Of a stretch of 64,000 nt of DNA, positions 27,458 to 37,266 are shown piece by piece. Made by a program: the position numbers and the translations under genes. The DNA comes from a virus (taxonomy: Duplodnaviria; Heunggongvirae; Uroviricota; Caudoviricetes), in IMG/VR virus record IMGVR_UViG_2595698871_000001, positions 45,443 through 109,442 of that record; one strand, written 5' to 3'. Below the pieces are notes generated by a model. It did not search any database. It saw only the letters and a program-made list of their open reading frames with translations, and was not told where the DNA came from. Every line of letters starts with the position of its first letter. Position 1 is the first letter of the stretch.

Positions 27458-28303
27458 ATGACCGACTACACGCCGATCCTGAAAATCCCCGAAGTCGCGC
27501 CCAACCAGAACCAAAAAGAAGACACGATCAACACCGGCTTCGCGATCCTGGAGGCCGCGCAGAACGACGACGTGCAGATCACCGTGACGTCGGGCAACTA
27601 CAACGTCACCGCCGACCAGTTCACCAAGGCCTTCGTGCATCGCTACTCGGGCCACGCCGACGCCACCGTGGTCGCGGTCATCCCCACCTCCGCCCGCTGG
27701 TTTGCTCTGGCCAACGAGGGCGGGTTCGCCATGGGGCTGAAGGTCTTCGGGCAGGTTCCCGTCGTGACCATCCAGCCGGGCAAGATCGTGCTCTTCCAGT
27801 CGGACGGCACCACCCTGCGCGCGGTTTCCGAAGGCGTCAGCCGCATCTTCGATCTCTCCGACGTCGACGGCTCCGACACGCCCTCGAACGGACAGACCCT
27901 GGTGTGGAATTCCACGACCAGCCGGTTCGAGCCGGCCGACCTGCCGGCCGATGCCGACTTCTGGACGAACGGCACGACGGGCAACAACGGCGTCGTCCTG
28001 CGTAAGCTCTTCCTGCGCCCGGTGCGCTTCCTGGCCGACTTCCTGGGCTCGATCGCCAAGGCCGGCGTCGCCGCCACCGGCACCGCCGTCTTCACGGTCA
28101 AGAAGACCACGGGCGTGACGACCACCACCGTCGGCACCATCACCTTCACCGGGACCACCGCCACCTTCTCGACCGACGTCGGGGCCGGCTCGGTCACCGT
28201 CAATTTCGGGGCCGGCGACATCATGACCATCACCGGTCCCGCCACCTCCAACGCCACCCTCGCTGACATCGTCGCTTCCCTCAAGGGCGTCATCCTGCAA
28301 TGA
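27458..28303 (+). CDS. Tail fibre-associated protein (DUF2793-like N-terminus)
   Basis: MTDYTPILKIPEVAPNQNQKEDTIN N-terminus. Confidence 0.75.
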   Translation: MTDYTPILKIPEVAPNQNQKEDTINTGFAILEAAQNDDVQITVTSGNYNVTADQFTKAFVHRYSGHADATVVAVIPTSARWFALANEGGFAMGLKVFGQVPVVTIQPGKIVLFQSDGTTLRAVSEGVSRIFDLSDVDGSDTPSNGQTLVWNSTTSRFEPADLPADADFWTNGTTGNNGVVLRKLFLRPVRFLADFLGSIAKAGVAATGTAVFTVKKTTGVTTTTVGTITFTGTTATFSTDVGAGSVTVNFGAGDIMTITGPATSNATLADIVASLKGVILQ

Positions 28304-31300
28304 CCGACTATACGCCGATCCTGAAGCTGCCTGAGGTCGCGCCGAACCAGAACCAGAAGGAAGACACGATCAACACCGCGCTCGCCATCCTGGAGAGCGC
28401 GATGAACAACGTGAAGCCCTATACCCTGACGGGCGCGGGGCCGTTCGCCCTGACCGACGACGACTTCACCCGCTACTTCCTGCACCGCTTCTCGGGCCAG
28501 ACCGCCGCCTACGAGATCACCGTCCCCGCCGGCCAGCCGCGCTGGTTCGCCGTGGAGAACGGCGGCAGCTTCGCCATCACCGTGCGTTGCGCCGGCGTCT
28601 CGGGCGGCCTGCCGTTCGAGGTTCCCTCCGGCAAGATCGGCCTCGTGGTCTCCGATGGCGCGGACCTGCGCACCGTCGTGCCGCAGGCGGGCATGGGTCT
28701 GCTCCAGGACCTTTCCGACGTCTCGGGCGTGCCCACCGACAAGCAGGTCCTGCGCTATGATGCGCCGTCGAACCTGTGGAAGCCCTCGACCTTCCTGCTC
28801 TCGTTCGGCGAACTAACCGACACGCCCAACAACTACTTCGGCGCCAACGGCAAGATCGTCGCGGTCAACGCTGCCGGCGATGGCCTGGAGTTCGTCTCCT
28901 CGGCCGCCAACGTCAACTCCTTCGTCGACCTGGACGACACGCCCAGCAGCTACTCGGGCGCGGCCGGCCTGACCGTCAAGGTCTCGCCCGGCGGCACGGG
29001 CCTGATCTTCGCCGCGCCGACCTTCCTGGAAGCCTCCGACACGCCCAACACCTATGGCGGGCAGGCCAAGAAGTTCCCGCGCGTCAAGGCCGACATGTCG
29101 GGACTGGAGTTCGACAGCGTCCGCCTGACGGACCTGTCGGACGGTCCGGGGTCCTACGCCGGCGCGGCCGGCATGTTCGTGCGCGTCAAGAACGACGGCA
29201 CGGGGTTTGAGTTCAACACCGGCTCGGGCGGCCCCGACAACTTCCTGGACCTGACCGACACGCCTGACGCGTACACGGGTCAGGGCAGCAAGGCCGTGCG
29301 CGTCAAGTCCGACGTCAGTGGCCTGGAGTTCTACACCCCCACGCTCCTGGGCCTGGGCGACACGCCGGCCAACTACACGGGCGCGGCCAACAAGGTGCTG
29401 CGCGTCAATAGCTCGGGCAATGCCGTGGTGTTCAGCACCCTGGCCTTTGGCGACCTGTCGAACGTCCCGCTGCCGGAGGCCAACAAGTGGCTGCGCTGGA
29501 GCCCGACGGGCACGGCGATCGTCAACGACACGCCCACCTTCCTGGGCCTGCTCGACACGCCCAATGCCTACGCGGGCAACGAGGGCAAGTACGTCTACGT
29601 CAAGGGCGATGGCTCGGGCCTGGGCTTTGCGGCCTCCTCGGTCAACCTGTCGTTCCTGGAACTGAACGACGCGATCGACACCTCCTACGATAGCAAGACC
29701 GACATGGTGCCGATCGTCACGATCGTCACCGGCACGCCCGTGCTTAAGCTGGGCTACTATGCCTTCAGCAAGCTGGCGGGCATCAGCCTGTCCTCGCCCA
29801 CCGAAGGGCAAATCCTCGGCTACGACGCCGACCTGGGCCTGTGGACCAACATCGACGCTCCCGAGGGCGGCGGTGGCGGCTCGATCGGCGTGCCCTCCTA
29901 CGGCGAACACGCCTACTGGCGCCTGCTGCTGCACACCACCGACGGCAGCACCAGCCAGTACGGCATCCAGGAAATCCAGTTCAAGCACTCCAAGACCGGC
30001 GCGGACTTGGCCAATGGCGGCACGCCCTCGGCCAGCAGCGACCAGTTCGGCACGGTCGCCGGAGCGTTCGACAACGTCATCTCCGGCGCGTGGTTCTCCA
30101 ACACGCCCAACGACGGCGAGTGGATCGCCTACCACTTCACCACGCCGGCCGACGTCCGCTATGTGACCCTCCAGGGCTCGCAGTCCCAGCCCGATACCTC
30201 GCCGCGCTCGTTCTCGGTCCAGTACAGCGACGACGGCGTCGCCTACACCACCGCCTGGGAAGTCACCGGGCAGAACGGCTGGGCGCCGGGCCAGACCCGC
30301 GAGTTCCACGCCCCGATCGACCTCTTCTTCACCGATCTGGCCGACGCCCCGCCCAGCTATATCGGTCAGGCGCTGAAGGTCCTGCGGGTCAACGCCGGCG
30401 AGACCGCGCTCGAACTCTTCACCCTGCCCTCGGTCCCGACCAAGCTCGACGACCTGACCGACGTTCAGGTCACCGGCACGCCGACCGACGGGCAGGTCCT
30501 GGCCTGGGACGACGCGACCGGGGTCTTCAAACCCACCTCGGTGCCGGGCATCACCCCGACGGCGTTCACGGACCTGACCGACGCGCCCACCTCCTATGCG
30601 GGCGAGGGCGGCAACGCCGTGCGCGTCAAGATGACTGAGGACGGTCTGGAATTCTACACCCCCGGCACGGGTGGTGGCGGCGGGGGTGGCAGCTATCGCG
30701 GGGCCTGGGCCTCGGGTTCCGAGCAGGTCATTCTCAACTTCGAGAACGGCAGTCTCAATCCGGCCTTCACCTATGATGCGGCCGGCTTCAACGTCGTCAT
30801 CCAGCCGGACACGGTCTCGGGCACCACCCTGGCCCTGAAGTTCCGTCCGATCGGCAATGGAGCGACCTGCTATTGCGACCTGCCGGTCGAGGACGTGGTT
30901 GGGATCGCCAACTTCAAGGTCCGCTACAAGGTCTCCTCCGAAGGTCCGGACTTCTTCCGGGTCATCCAGGACGGTACGACCACGCTGCTGACCGACAGCG
31001 GCAACACCGGGCTGTACGAGGAAGGGTCTTTCCCGGTCACCGGCGACCACACCCTGCGGTTCCAGTACAGCAAGGACGGCTCGCTGGCGGTCGGCGACGA
31101 CACCGTCTACATCTCGCAGATCACCTACTTCAAGACGCTGACCAACCCCTACGTCTACGGGGACACGATCACCTATGCCGGGTCCTATTGGCTCTGCCGC
31201 GTCGGTGGAACCTCCGAAGAGCCGGGCGTTGGCGACGACTGGATCAAGCTGCCTGATACCCTGGCGCAACTGGATGACGTCGACCTGACCTCGTCGCCGC

Positions 31301-33039
31301 CCTCGAACGGTCAAGCCCTGGTCTTTGATGGCGCGACCAACAAGTTCAAGCCGGGAACCGTGGCCGGCGGCTCGGGTGGTGGTAACAAGTACAACATCGG
31401 CGTGACGCCGCGCACGCGTCTGCACCGCGCGGCTATCCAGTCGATCCCGACTTCGACCTGGACGGCGGTCCAGTGGGACACCGAGGCCGAAGACGCCGCC
31501 AACGCCTTCACCAGCGGTGCCAACACGCGGGTCACCATTCCGGCGGGCGTCAAGGCCGCGCGCGTGACGGCCTATGCCAACTGGGTGACGCCGGTCACCA
31601 CCTCGATCGTGGGCTTGGCCCTGCGTCGCAATGGCGTCGAGATCGGCTCTACCGGCGGCTCGCCCGTCGCGGCCTCGCGCGCGGGCCTCTACCAGTCGCA
31701 TCTCAATTTCACGTCTGAGTGGTTCCCGGTCACGCAAGGGGACTACTACGAGTTGTTCGTCTATCACGACTCGGGCTCCAACCGGGACCTGAACGGTCCG
31801 GTCACCAACTTCGGCGAGAACACCTACCTCCAGTTCGAGTGGGATGAAGGCATCTCGCCCTCGGCGGTCGAGGCCGGAGACTTCCACGGCCCCCACCAGG
31901 GCTGGCGGATGCTGACCATCGACAGCCAGACGGGAACCTATGCCACGTTTGGGGAACTGAAGTTCTTCGACCGTAGCGGCGTCCAGATCGCCACCACCGG
32001 CGGGAAGCTCTTCGACACCTACTCCCACCCCTCTTACCCTGTCCAGCAGGCCTTCGACGGCAACAACACGACCTACTGGTCCTCGCTCCAACAGACCTCG
32101 ACCGGTCAGCTTGCCGGCCCCGGCTACATCTTCGCCGCGCCCGTCGATGTCGGCTCGATCAAGCTGACCTCGACGTCGACCGACTTCAACAGCACCAACT
32201 CGCCCAAGAACTTCGCGATCCAGTACACCGATGACGGTGGCGCGTCGTGGTTCACCTACGTCACCTTCAGCAACCAGACCGGCTGGGGCGACCGGGAGGA
32301 GCGCACGTTCGTCCTGCCGACGAGCGGCATCGCCCGCGTCGGGGGCGCCCGCGCGCTCGACGAACTCAAGGACGTCACGATCGGCACGCCCAAGAACGGC
32401 GACCTGCTGACCTATGACGCGACGACCTCGACCTGGAAGCAGAAGTCCCGCTGGGGCTATGCGCCGCCCGTGGCGGCCGATTTCCCCACGGCCGTGGGCA
32501 CCGTGCCCCTGACCCTGACCTATGACGACGAGGTCGGGCTGATGATCGACTGCGGGGCCAGCGCCTCAGGGGACGTGCAGCGCGCCGTCCTCAAGGCGCT
32601 GCCGACGGGGGACTGGAACCTGACGGTGAAGATCACCGACCATCTGGCGCCGGTCTACTACAACGCCGTCGGGGTCGTGATGCGCGAGTCCTCGACGGGT
32701 AAGATCGTGCTGTTCGGGTGCGAGATCGCCGGATCGAGCTTCTCGGTTCCGATGCGTCAGGTCCGCTACTCGCGTCTGCCGGGCCTCTCGGGCTTCACGG
32801 CCAACGACTACGCCCGGCCCTCGCCGTCGCTGCCCCAGTGGTATCGCCTCTCCCTGGTGGGCAGCACCCTCAAGGCCGAGGTGTCGGCCGACGGCAAGTT
32901 CTGGCGCACCGTGGTCTCGCAGGCGGTGACCACCGGGTTCACGACCAAGCCCGACCAGATCGGGCTCGGCTGCTCGCTCAACTACACCGACACCCAGAGC
33001 GCGATGCTCTCCGTGTCCTACTGGAGCCAGTCCTGGTAG
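28300..33039 (+). CDS. Long tail fibre / receptor-binding protein (1579 aa)
   Basis: Same N-terminus as upstream gene; repeated F.DL.DTP..Y.G...K.VRV..D..GLEF units; discoidin-like regions; lectin-like C-terminus. Confidence 0.85.
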   Translation: MTDYTPILKLPEVAPNQNQKEDTINTALAILESAMNNVKPYTLTGAGPFALTDDDFTRYFLHRFSGQTAAYEITVPAGQPRWFAVENGGSFAITVRCAGVSGGLPFEVPSGKIGLVVSDGADLRTVVPQAGMGLLQDLSDVSGVPTDKQVLRYDAPSNLWKPSTFLLSFGELTDTPNNYFGANGKIVAVNAAGDGLEFVSSAANVNSFVDLDDTPSSYSGAAGLTVKVSPGGTGLIFAAPTFLEASDTPNTYGGQAKKFPRVKADMSGLEFDSVRLTDLSDGPGSYAGAAGMFVRVKNDGTGFEFNTGSGGPDNFLDLTDTPDAYTGQGSKAVRVKSDVSGLEFYTPTLLGLGDTPANYTGAANKVLRVNSSGNAVVFSTLAFGDLSNVPLPEANKWLRWSPTGTAIVNDTPTFLGLLDTPNAYAGNEGKYVYVKGDGSGLGFAASSVNLSFLELNDAIDTSYDSKTDMVPIVTIVTGTPVLKLGYYAFSKLAGISLSSPTEGQILGYDADLGLWTNIDAPEGGGGGSIGVPSYGEHAYWRLLLHTTDGSTSQYGIQEIQFKHSKTGADLANGGTPSASSDQFGTVAGAFDNVISGAWFSNTPNDGEWIAYHFTTPADVRYVTLQGSQSQPDTSPRSFSVQYSDDGVAYTTAWEVTGQNGWAPGQTREFHAPIDLFFTDLADAPPSYIGQALKVLRVNAGETALELFTLPSVPTKLDDLTDVQVTGTPTDGQVLAWDDATGVFKPTSVPGITPTAFTDLTDAPTSYAGEGGNAVRVKMTEDGLEFYTPGTGGGGGGGSYRGAWASGSEQVILNFENGSLNPAFTYDAAGFNVVIQPDTVSGTTLALKFRPIGNGATCYCDLPVEDVVGIANFKVRYKVSSEGPDFFRVIQDGTTTLLTDSGNTGLYEEGSFPVTGDHTLRFQYSKDGSLAVGDDTVYISQITYFKTLTNPYVYGDTITYAGSYWLCRVGGTSEEPGVGDDWIKLPDTLAQLDDVDLTSSPPSNGQALVFDGATNKFKPGTVAGGSGGGNKYNIGVTPRTRLHRAAIQSIPTSTWTAVQWDTEAEDAANAFTSGANTRVTIPAGVKAARVTAYANWVTPVTTSIVGLALRRNGVEIGSTGGSPVAASRAGLYQSHLNFTSEWFPVTQGDYYELFVYHDSGSNRDLNGPVTNFGENTYLQFEWDEGISPSAVEAGDFHGPHQGWRMLTIDSQTGTYATFGELKFFDRSGVQIATTGGKLFDTYSHPSYPVQQAFDGNNTTYWSSLQQTSTGQLAGPGYIFAAPVDVGSIKLTSTSTDFNSTNSPKNFAIQYTDDGGASWFTYVTFSNQTGWGDREERTFVLPTSGIARVGGARALDELKDVTIGTPKNGDLLTYDATTSTWKQKSRWGYAPPVAADFPTAVGTVPLTLTYDDEVGLMIDCGASASGDVQRAVLKALPTGDWNLTVKITDHLAPVYYNAVGVVMRESSTGKIVLFGCEIAGSSFSVPMRQVRYSRLPGLSGFTANDYARPSPSLPQWYRLSLVGSTLKAEVSADGKFWRTVVSQAVTTGFTTKPDQIGLGCSLNYTDTQSAMLSVSYWSQSW

Positions 33040-33062
33040 GCCCTATACGCTTCGCCGTATAT

Positions 33063-33096
33063 CCCGGATTTATACGCGAAAGCGCATAAATCCGGG
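33063..33096. terminator. Hairpin after tail fibre gene
   Basis: CCCGGATTTAT/ATAAATCCGGG 11-bp perfect stem. Confidence 0.55.
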
Positions 33097-33116
33097 CTAT
33101 GCGTTTTCGGGCATAA

Positions 33117-33156
33117 TGTCGTGAATCTTGACATCGGCACAAATCCAGGCCATGGT
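33117..33156 (+). promoter_or_regulatory. Lysis cassette promoter with GTCGTGAATC element
   Basis: TGTCGTGAATC-TTGACA-N17-CATGGT. Confidence 0.75.
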
Positions 33157-33192
33157 CAAGACCTGATTTTCAGCACTCCCGGAATTCCCCAC

Positions 33193-33831
33193 ATGCGTGT
33201 CTCTGACGCCGGCCTGAAGCTTATCCAGGCCTGGGAAGGTCTCGGCGACGGTAACCCCGCCACCGTGGACCTCGAACCCTACATCTGCCCGGCCAAGGTT
33301 TGGACCGTCGGCTGGGGGCACGCCCTGAAGACGCCGACCGGTCAGATCATCGACGTCGACGTCTTCGGCGCGGCCAGGGCCAAGGCCTTGGCCGCCGAAT
33401 CCATGCAGCGCAAGTTCGGCAAGGGCGCCATCACCAAGGCCCAGGCCGTGGACCTCGTGCGCGAGGACGTGACCTACTTCGAGCGGCAGGTCGAGAAGCT
33501 GGTGGCGGGCAATGCGGCCCAGGCCGAGTTCGACGCCCTGGTGTCGTTCGCCTTCAACTGCGGCGTCGCCAACCTCCAGTCCTCGACCCTGCTGCGGATG
33601 CACAACGCCGGCAAGCGCAAGGTCGGCGACGTCTCGCTGTCGGACCTCTGCCAGAAGAGCAAGCTCTCCACGCCGATCGACAACGTCGCCGTGGCCTTCG
33701 TCCGCTGGAACAAGTTCAACGGCAAGTGGGCGCTGGGGCTGTTCCGCCGGCGCCTGTCCGAGGCCCTGGTCTACGGCGGCCACAATCCCGACGAGGCGGT
33801 CAAAGCCGCCCAAGCCTTCAAGGGCTGCTGA
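33193..33831 (+). CDS. Endolysin, GH24 phage lysozyme
   Basis: LIQAWEG...YICPAKVWTVGWGH; FDALVSFAFNCG; GLFRRR..EA. Confidence 0.88.
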   Translation: MRVSDAGLKLIQAWEGLGDGNPATVDLEPYICPAKVWTVGWGHALKTPTGQIIDVDVFGAARAKALAAESMQRKFGKGAITKAQAVDLVREDVTYFERQVEKLVAGNAAQAEFDALVSFAFNCGVANLQSSTLLRMHNAGKRKVGDVSLSDLCQKSKLSTPIDNVAVAFVRWNKFNGKWALGLFRRRLSEALVYGGHNPDEAVKAAQAFKGC

Positions 33832-33832
33832 C

Positions 33833-34321
33833 ATGGGCCTCTTCGCGATCATCGCCCTGGCCGTGAAGTTCCTAATGAACCCGGCCGTCATGGGCGTGCT
33901 GTTCATCACCATCGCCGCCCTGACGGGCCTGTGGTTCCTGGGCGGCCCGGCGCTGTTCTGGAAGGTCCTGCGCGACGCGCGTCTCTGGCTGCTGGTCGCC
34001 GTGGCGGCCGTGGTCTTCGGCTATGCCCATCTCCAGGCCAAGCTCGACAAGACCGAGCAGCGCCTGGAGCAGGTCGAGCAGCAGAAGCAGGCCCACGACG
34101 ACGGCCAGGAGGTCGTCAAGAACAACATCAAAAAGCAGGTCAAGCGCGCCCAGCAGGGGGCCAAGTACCAAGAGGTTATCCACAATGCCCCGACTGGCGA
34201 AAAGCTCGACGCCCTCCTCGACGAGTTCGCGCGCGATCAAGGCGTTCCTGATCCCCGCCCTTCTGCTGCTCAGCCTGTCCCTGACGGCGTGTCAAAGTCT
34301 CCCGGTCGGATTCTCCCCTGA
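33833..34321 (+). CDS. i-spanin (Rz-like)
   Basis: N-terminal transmembrane segments then coiled coil; follows endolysin. Confidence 0.75.
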   Translation: MGLFAIIALAVKFLMNPAVMGVLFITIAALTGLWFLGGPALFWKVLRDARLWLLVAVAAVVFGYAHLQAKLDKTEQRLEQVEQQKQAHDDGQEVVKNNIKKQVKRAQQGAKYQEVIHNAPTGEKLDALLDEFARDQGVPDPRPSAAQPVPDGVSKSPGRILP

Positions 34322-34571
34322 CGACCTCTATCCGAAGGAGCTTCGCACCTGCGCGCCGTCTCCTGCGGTCCCGCCGCGCCCCGCGCCCGGCGCGCCGCGC
34401 TCCGAGGACGCCCAGGCCGGCTACGTCAAGGATGACCACCTCGCCGGCGCCGACTGCCGCGACAAGGTCGAGTCCTGGAACGAGCGCGCCGTCAAGTACG
34501 AGGCCCAGTACAAGGCCATGAACGCCGGGCCGGCGGGCAAGCTGCTCGCCAAGTTCAAGGGGAAGAAGTGA
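34185..34571 (+). CDS. o-spanin lipoprotein (Rz1-like)
   Basis: Overlaps i-spanin in +1 frame; lipobox LSLTAC; Pro-rich. Confidence 0.8.
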   Translation: MPRLAKSSTPSSTSSRAIKAFLIPALLLLSLSLTACQSLPVGFSPDDLYPKELRTCAPSPAVPPRPAPGAPRSEDAQAGYVKDDHLAGADCRDKVESWNERAVKYEAQYKAMNAGPAGKLLAKFKGKK

Positions 34572-35047
34572 TGCCGCCCTGGGCCGCCGCGCCGCTGCGG
34601 GTCTGCGGCAACTTCTTCCGCTGGGTGCGCCTGACGCTGGACAATCTCTGCGATCGTCCGGACCACCTTCAGCGCCTGTCGATCATCGGCTCGGGGATGG
34701 CGGCCTTCCCGCTGATCCTGCTGATCATTCACATCCTCGTCTATTTCGGGCTGCACGGTCCTGACACGGCCGCCGCCCTGGCGGTCATCCCGATCATCGG
34801 CAACATGGGCTATGGGGCCTTGGCGCTCTATGCGCTGTCCCAGGTGGCGCTCCTGGGGATCATCAAGGGCATCCGGATCGCCGCACCCGGCGGCGTCAAC
34901 GTCGCCATCGAGACCACGGCGGGGACCGGCGATGGCCTGTCCGACGACAACGATCATGATCACGACCACGGCCGCTGGCGCGGTCGCGAGCGTGATTGCG
35001 AACCCAATCCCCCTGCCGGCTCTGGCGCCGGCGCTATCACGGAGTAG
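34568..35047 (+). CDS. Putative holin
   Basis: Two hydrophobic segments, charged His/Asp tail, inside lysis cassette. Confidence 0.55.
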   Translation: MMPPWAAAPLRVCGNFFRWVRLTLDNLCDRPDHLQRLSIIGSGMAAFPLILLIIHILVYFGLHGPDTAAALAVIPIIGNMGYGALALYALSQVALLGIIKGIRIAAPGGVNVAIETTAGTGDGLSDDNDHDHDHGRWRGRERDCEPNPPAGSGAGAITE

Positions 35048-35052
35048 GGACC

Positions 35053-35199
35053 ATGCGCGAAGGCTATGGCGGTCTGAAGATCATCGACGGGCTGGTCGGC
35101 GGCATCCTTCCGATCAAGGATGACATCATCCCGGTCAAGGACGACGTGAGCACCGGCTTTCCGGACGGCGACGCCCTCGCCCCGCTCGACTACGGATAG
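35053..35199 (+). CDS. Small hypothetical protein (48 aa)
   Basis: GGAG/AGGGA RBS; phage-like codons. Confidence 0.5.
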   Translation: MREGYGGLKIIDGLVGGILPIKDDIIPVKDDVSTGFPDGDALAPLDYG

Positions 35200-35220
35200 A
35201 CCTGCGACATCCGGTCGCAT

Positions 35221-35259
35221 GTCGTGATCCTTGACATATCGGCGTTCTTGCACTATGGT
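35221..35259 (+). promoter_or_regulatory. Promoter
   Basis: GTCGTGATCC-TTGACA-N17-TATGGT. Confidence 0.75.
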
Positions 35260-35264
35260 CGCGC

Positions 35265-35564
35265 TTCTTCGACGGCATCCCACCGTCCAACATGGCTCGC
35301 GACCCACCGTTCGCAGGGACACGATCGCGACCAAGGCGGTAGCCGGAACGATGCTAGGCCGTAAGGTCAAGCCTCCGGAACACGCAGTAGCCGGCTGGAA
35401 CGCTAGGCTTCTACGTCCCAAACGGGGTACAGGCTTCCTGAGCCTTCGGGCGATAGACCCCACCACCTCGAAAGAGGTTCACGCGTGATGCGGAGAAGGG
35501 CTGAAAAGCCCAAGTGTCTGGAAGTGCAGAAGACCCCGCCGGATTGCTCCGGCGGGGTCTTTTT
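35265..35564 (+). ncRNA. Candidate ~300-nt structured ncRNA
   Basis: Promoter, no convincing ORF, three GNRA-capped and one UUCG-capped hairpin, terminator. Confidence 0.55.
35531..35564. terminator. Bidirectional intrinsic terminator
   Basis: AGACCCCGCCGGA-TTGC-TCCGGCGGGGTCT plus T-run, at strand convergence. Confidence 0.88.
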
Positions 35565-35587
35565 CTGTCTGGAGCGGAGGAGCCCGA

Positions 35588-36379
35588 CTAGGCGCGCGCG
35601 CGGGCCTTGGAGGCGACCGGCAGCGCCGGCGTCAGGGCGCCCACCTTGCCGACCACCTTGCCCAGGATCACGAGCTTGGCGGCGTCGACGTCGATGTGGT
35701 CCTTCAGGTCCGCGTCGTAGATGCGATAGGGGCCGGACTTGCTCGGCCGGGTGACGTGCGCCACCTGCATGGTCTTGTTGAGCCCGTAGACGAACTCGCC
35801 GCCGGCCGCGTTGGGCTCGACGTCGCGGCGGACCACCGCCATGTCGCCCGGATTGAGGCCGGGGGCGAAGTCATGGATCGCCGCCAGGGCCAGATCGGTG
35901 GGCTCGGCCTCGAAGCGCTCGCGCAGCCAGTCCGGATCGAGGTTCCAGGTCCGCAGGCGTTGGAACTCGCCCGTGCGCGGCTTGAAGGTCAGTTCCTCGA
36001 CCGGGTTGGGCGCGCCGACCCCGAAGGTGATGTACTCGGGGGTGGTCTTCAAGACGTGAGCGATCTGCTCCAGCACATCGATGTGCGGCTTGACGCTGTC
36101 GGACTCGTACATGATGTAGGCGGTGCGCGCCAGCGGCCGGCGCTCGCCAGCCTGCTTGGGCTCCCAGCCGGGTTTGGTGCTGACGTCCTTGCGCGAATTG
36201 CTCTGCTGGGTCAGGTAGACCCGCGACGCGACTTGTTCCTGGGTCAGGCCCAGGCCCATGCGGCAGGCGGTAATGCGCTGGCCGATGGTGCGAGGATGCG
36301 CGAGATCGGCATCCTTGTGGATCAGGGAACGAGACCGGTGCGCAGCAACGCCCGGCTTCATCTCGATCACGGTTTGCAT
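35588..36379 (-). CDS. XRE/CI-like regulator: HTH plus S24-like C-terminal domain
   Basis: IGQRI...R...GLTQEQVA HTH; PGD..VV...ILGKVV S24-like fold motifs. Confidence 0.8.
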   Translation of the reverse strand: MQTVIEMKPGVAAHRSRSLIHKDADLAHPRTIGQRITACRMGLGLTQEQVASRVYLTQQSNSRKDVSTKPGWEPKQAGERRPLARTAYIMYESDSVKPHIDVLEQIAHVLKTTPEYITFGVGAPNPVEELTFKPRTGEFQRLRTWNLDPDWLRERFEAEPTDLALAAIHDFAPGLNPGDMAVVRRDVEPNAAGGEFVYGLNKTMQVAHVTRPSKSGPYRIYDADLKDHIDVDAAKLVILGKVVGKVGALTPALPVASKARARA

Positions 36380-36474
36380 ATCGTTCTCCTCCGTCCGTTG
36401 AGAACCGCGTCATTGGGTGTCGTGGTAACCCATGACATTCGCGATGGTTCCCAGACGCAACGTCTGTTTGCCAA

Positions 36475-36512
36475 TGTTGACAAAGAGGGATTTACACCCT
36501 CTTTGGCAACAC
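36475..36512. repeat. 15-bp inverted repeat upstream of the regulator
   Basis: TGTTGACAAAGAGGG-N8-CCCTCTTTGGCAACA (14/15 match). Confidence 0.75.
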
Positions 36513-36565
36513 ATCAAGGCCAGAGAAGAAAAAAGTTGACAGGTCGACTTAAGGGTGCGGCTGCA

Positions 36566-37249
36566 CTAATTCCCGGTGGAGCCGAAACCGCCGGCGCCGC
36601 GCGCGGTCGAGGCGAGGTCATCGACCTCGACGACGGGCACGATCAGGCACTGCTCAAGGATGATCTGGGCGATCCGGTCGCCCGGATTGATCACCACGTT
36701 CTCGCCGTAGAACGGCGCGCCGAAGACGTCGGCCTGCTTGCCGTGGTGGGTCAGGATGACCTTGACCTCGCCGGTGTAGTCCTCGTCCACCACGCCGGCC
36801 AGGACGCCCAGGCCCTTGACGCCCAGGCCCGAGCGGGGCGCGACGCGGGCGTAGGTGCCTTCGGGCGCGGTCATCGCCAGCCCCGTCGACAGGAGCGCGC
36901 GCTCCCCAGGCCGCAGAGTCACCTTCTCGGTCCCGTCATAGTAGACGTCCAGGCCGGCGGCCTTGGGCGAGCCGCGCGTCGGCAGCTTGGCGGTCGGCGT
37001 CAGGCGCTTGACCTTCAGGACGGGCTCGTTGCTGTTCATGCGCGTCATCTCCAGCGCCTCCGACCAGGAGACGAACTTCACGTCGCGCGTGAACCGGCCG
37101 TAGAGTTCGACGTCCTGGCCGCCCCCGACCTTGACCTCCGCCTCGATGCCGGACGCCGCCAGGGTGTCAGCCAGGGCGTAGGCCTGCTCGGCTTGCGCGG
37201 TCCGTTGGTAGAAGACGACAGCTTTGCTGTAAAGGCGGGTCGGGGACAT
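36566..37249 (-). CDS. dut: dUTPase with N-terminal extension
   Basis: AAGLD, PRSGL, GVVDEDYTGEVKV, RIAQ, RGAGGFGSTG. Confidence 0.92.
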   Translation of the reverse strand: MSPTRLYSKAVVFYQRTAQAEQAYALADTLAASGIEAEVKVGGGQDVELYGRFTRDVKFVSWSEALEMTRMNSNEPVLKVKRLTPTAKLPTRGSPKAAGLDVYYDGTEKVTLRPGERALLSTGLAMTAPEGTYARVAPRSGLGVKGLGVLAGVVDEDYTGEVKVILTHHGKQADVFGAPFYGENVVINPGDRIAQIILEQCLIVPVVEVDDLASTARGAGGFGSTGN

Positions 37250-37266
37250 TATTTTCGGGCCTCTGG

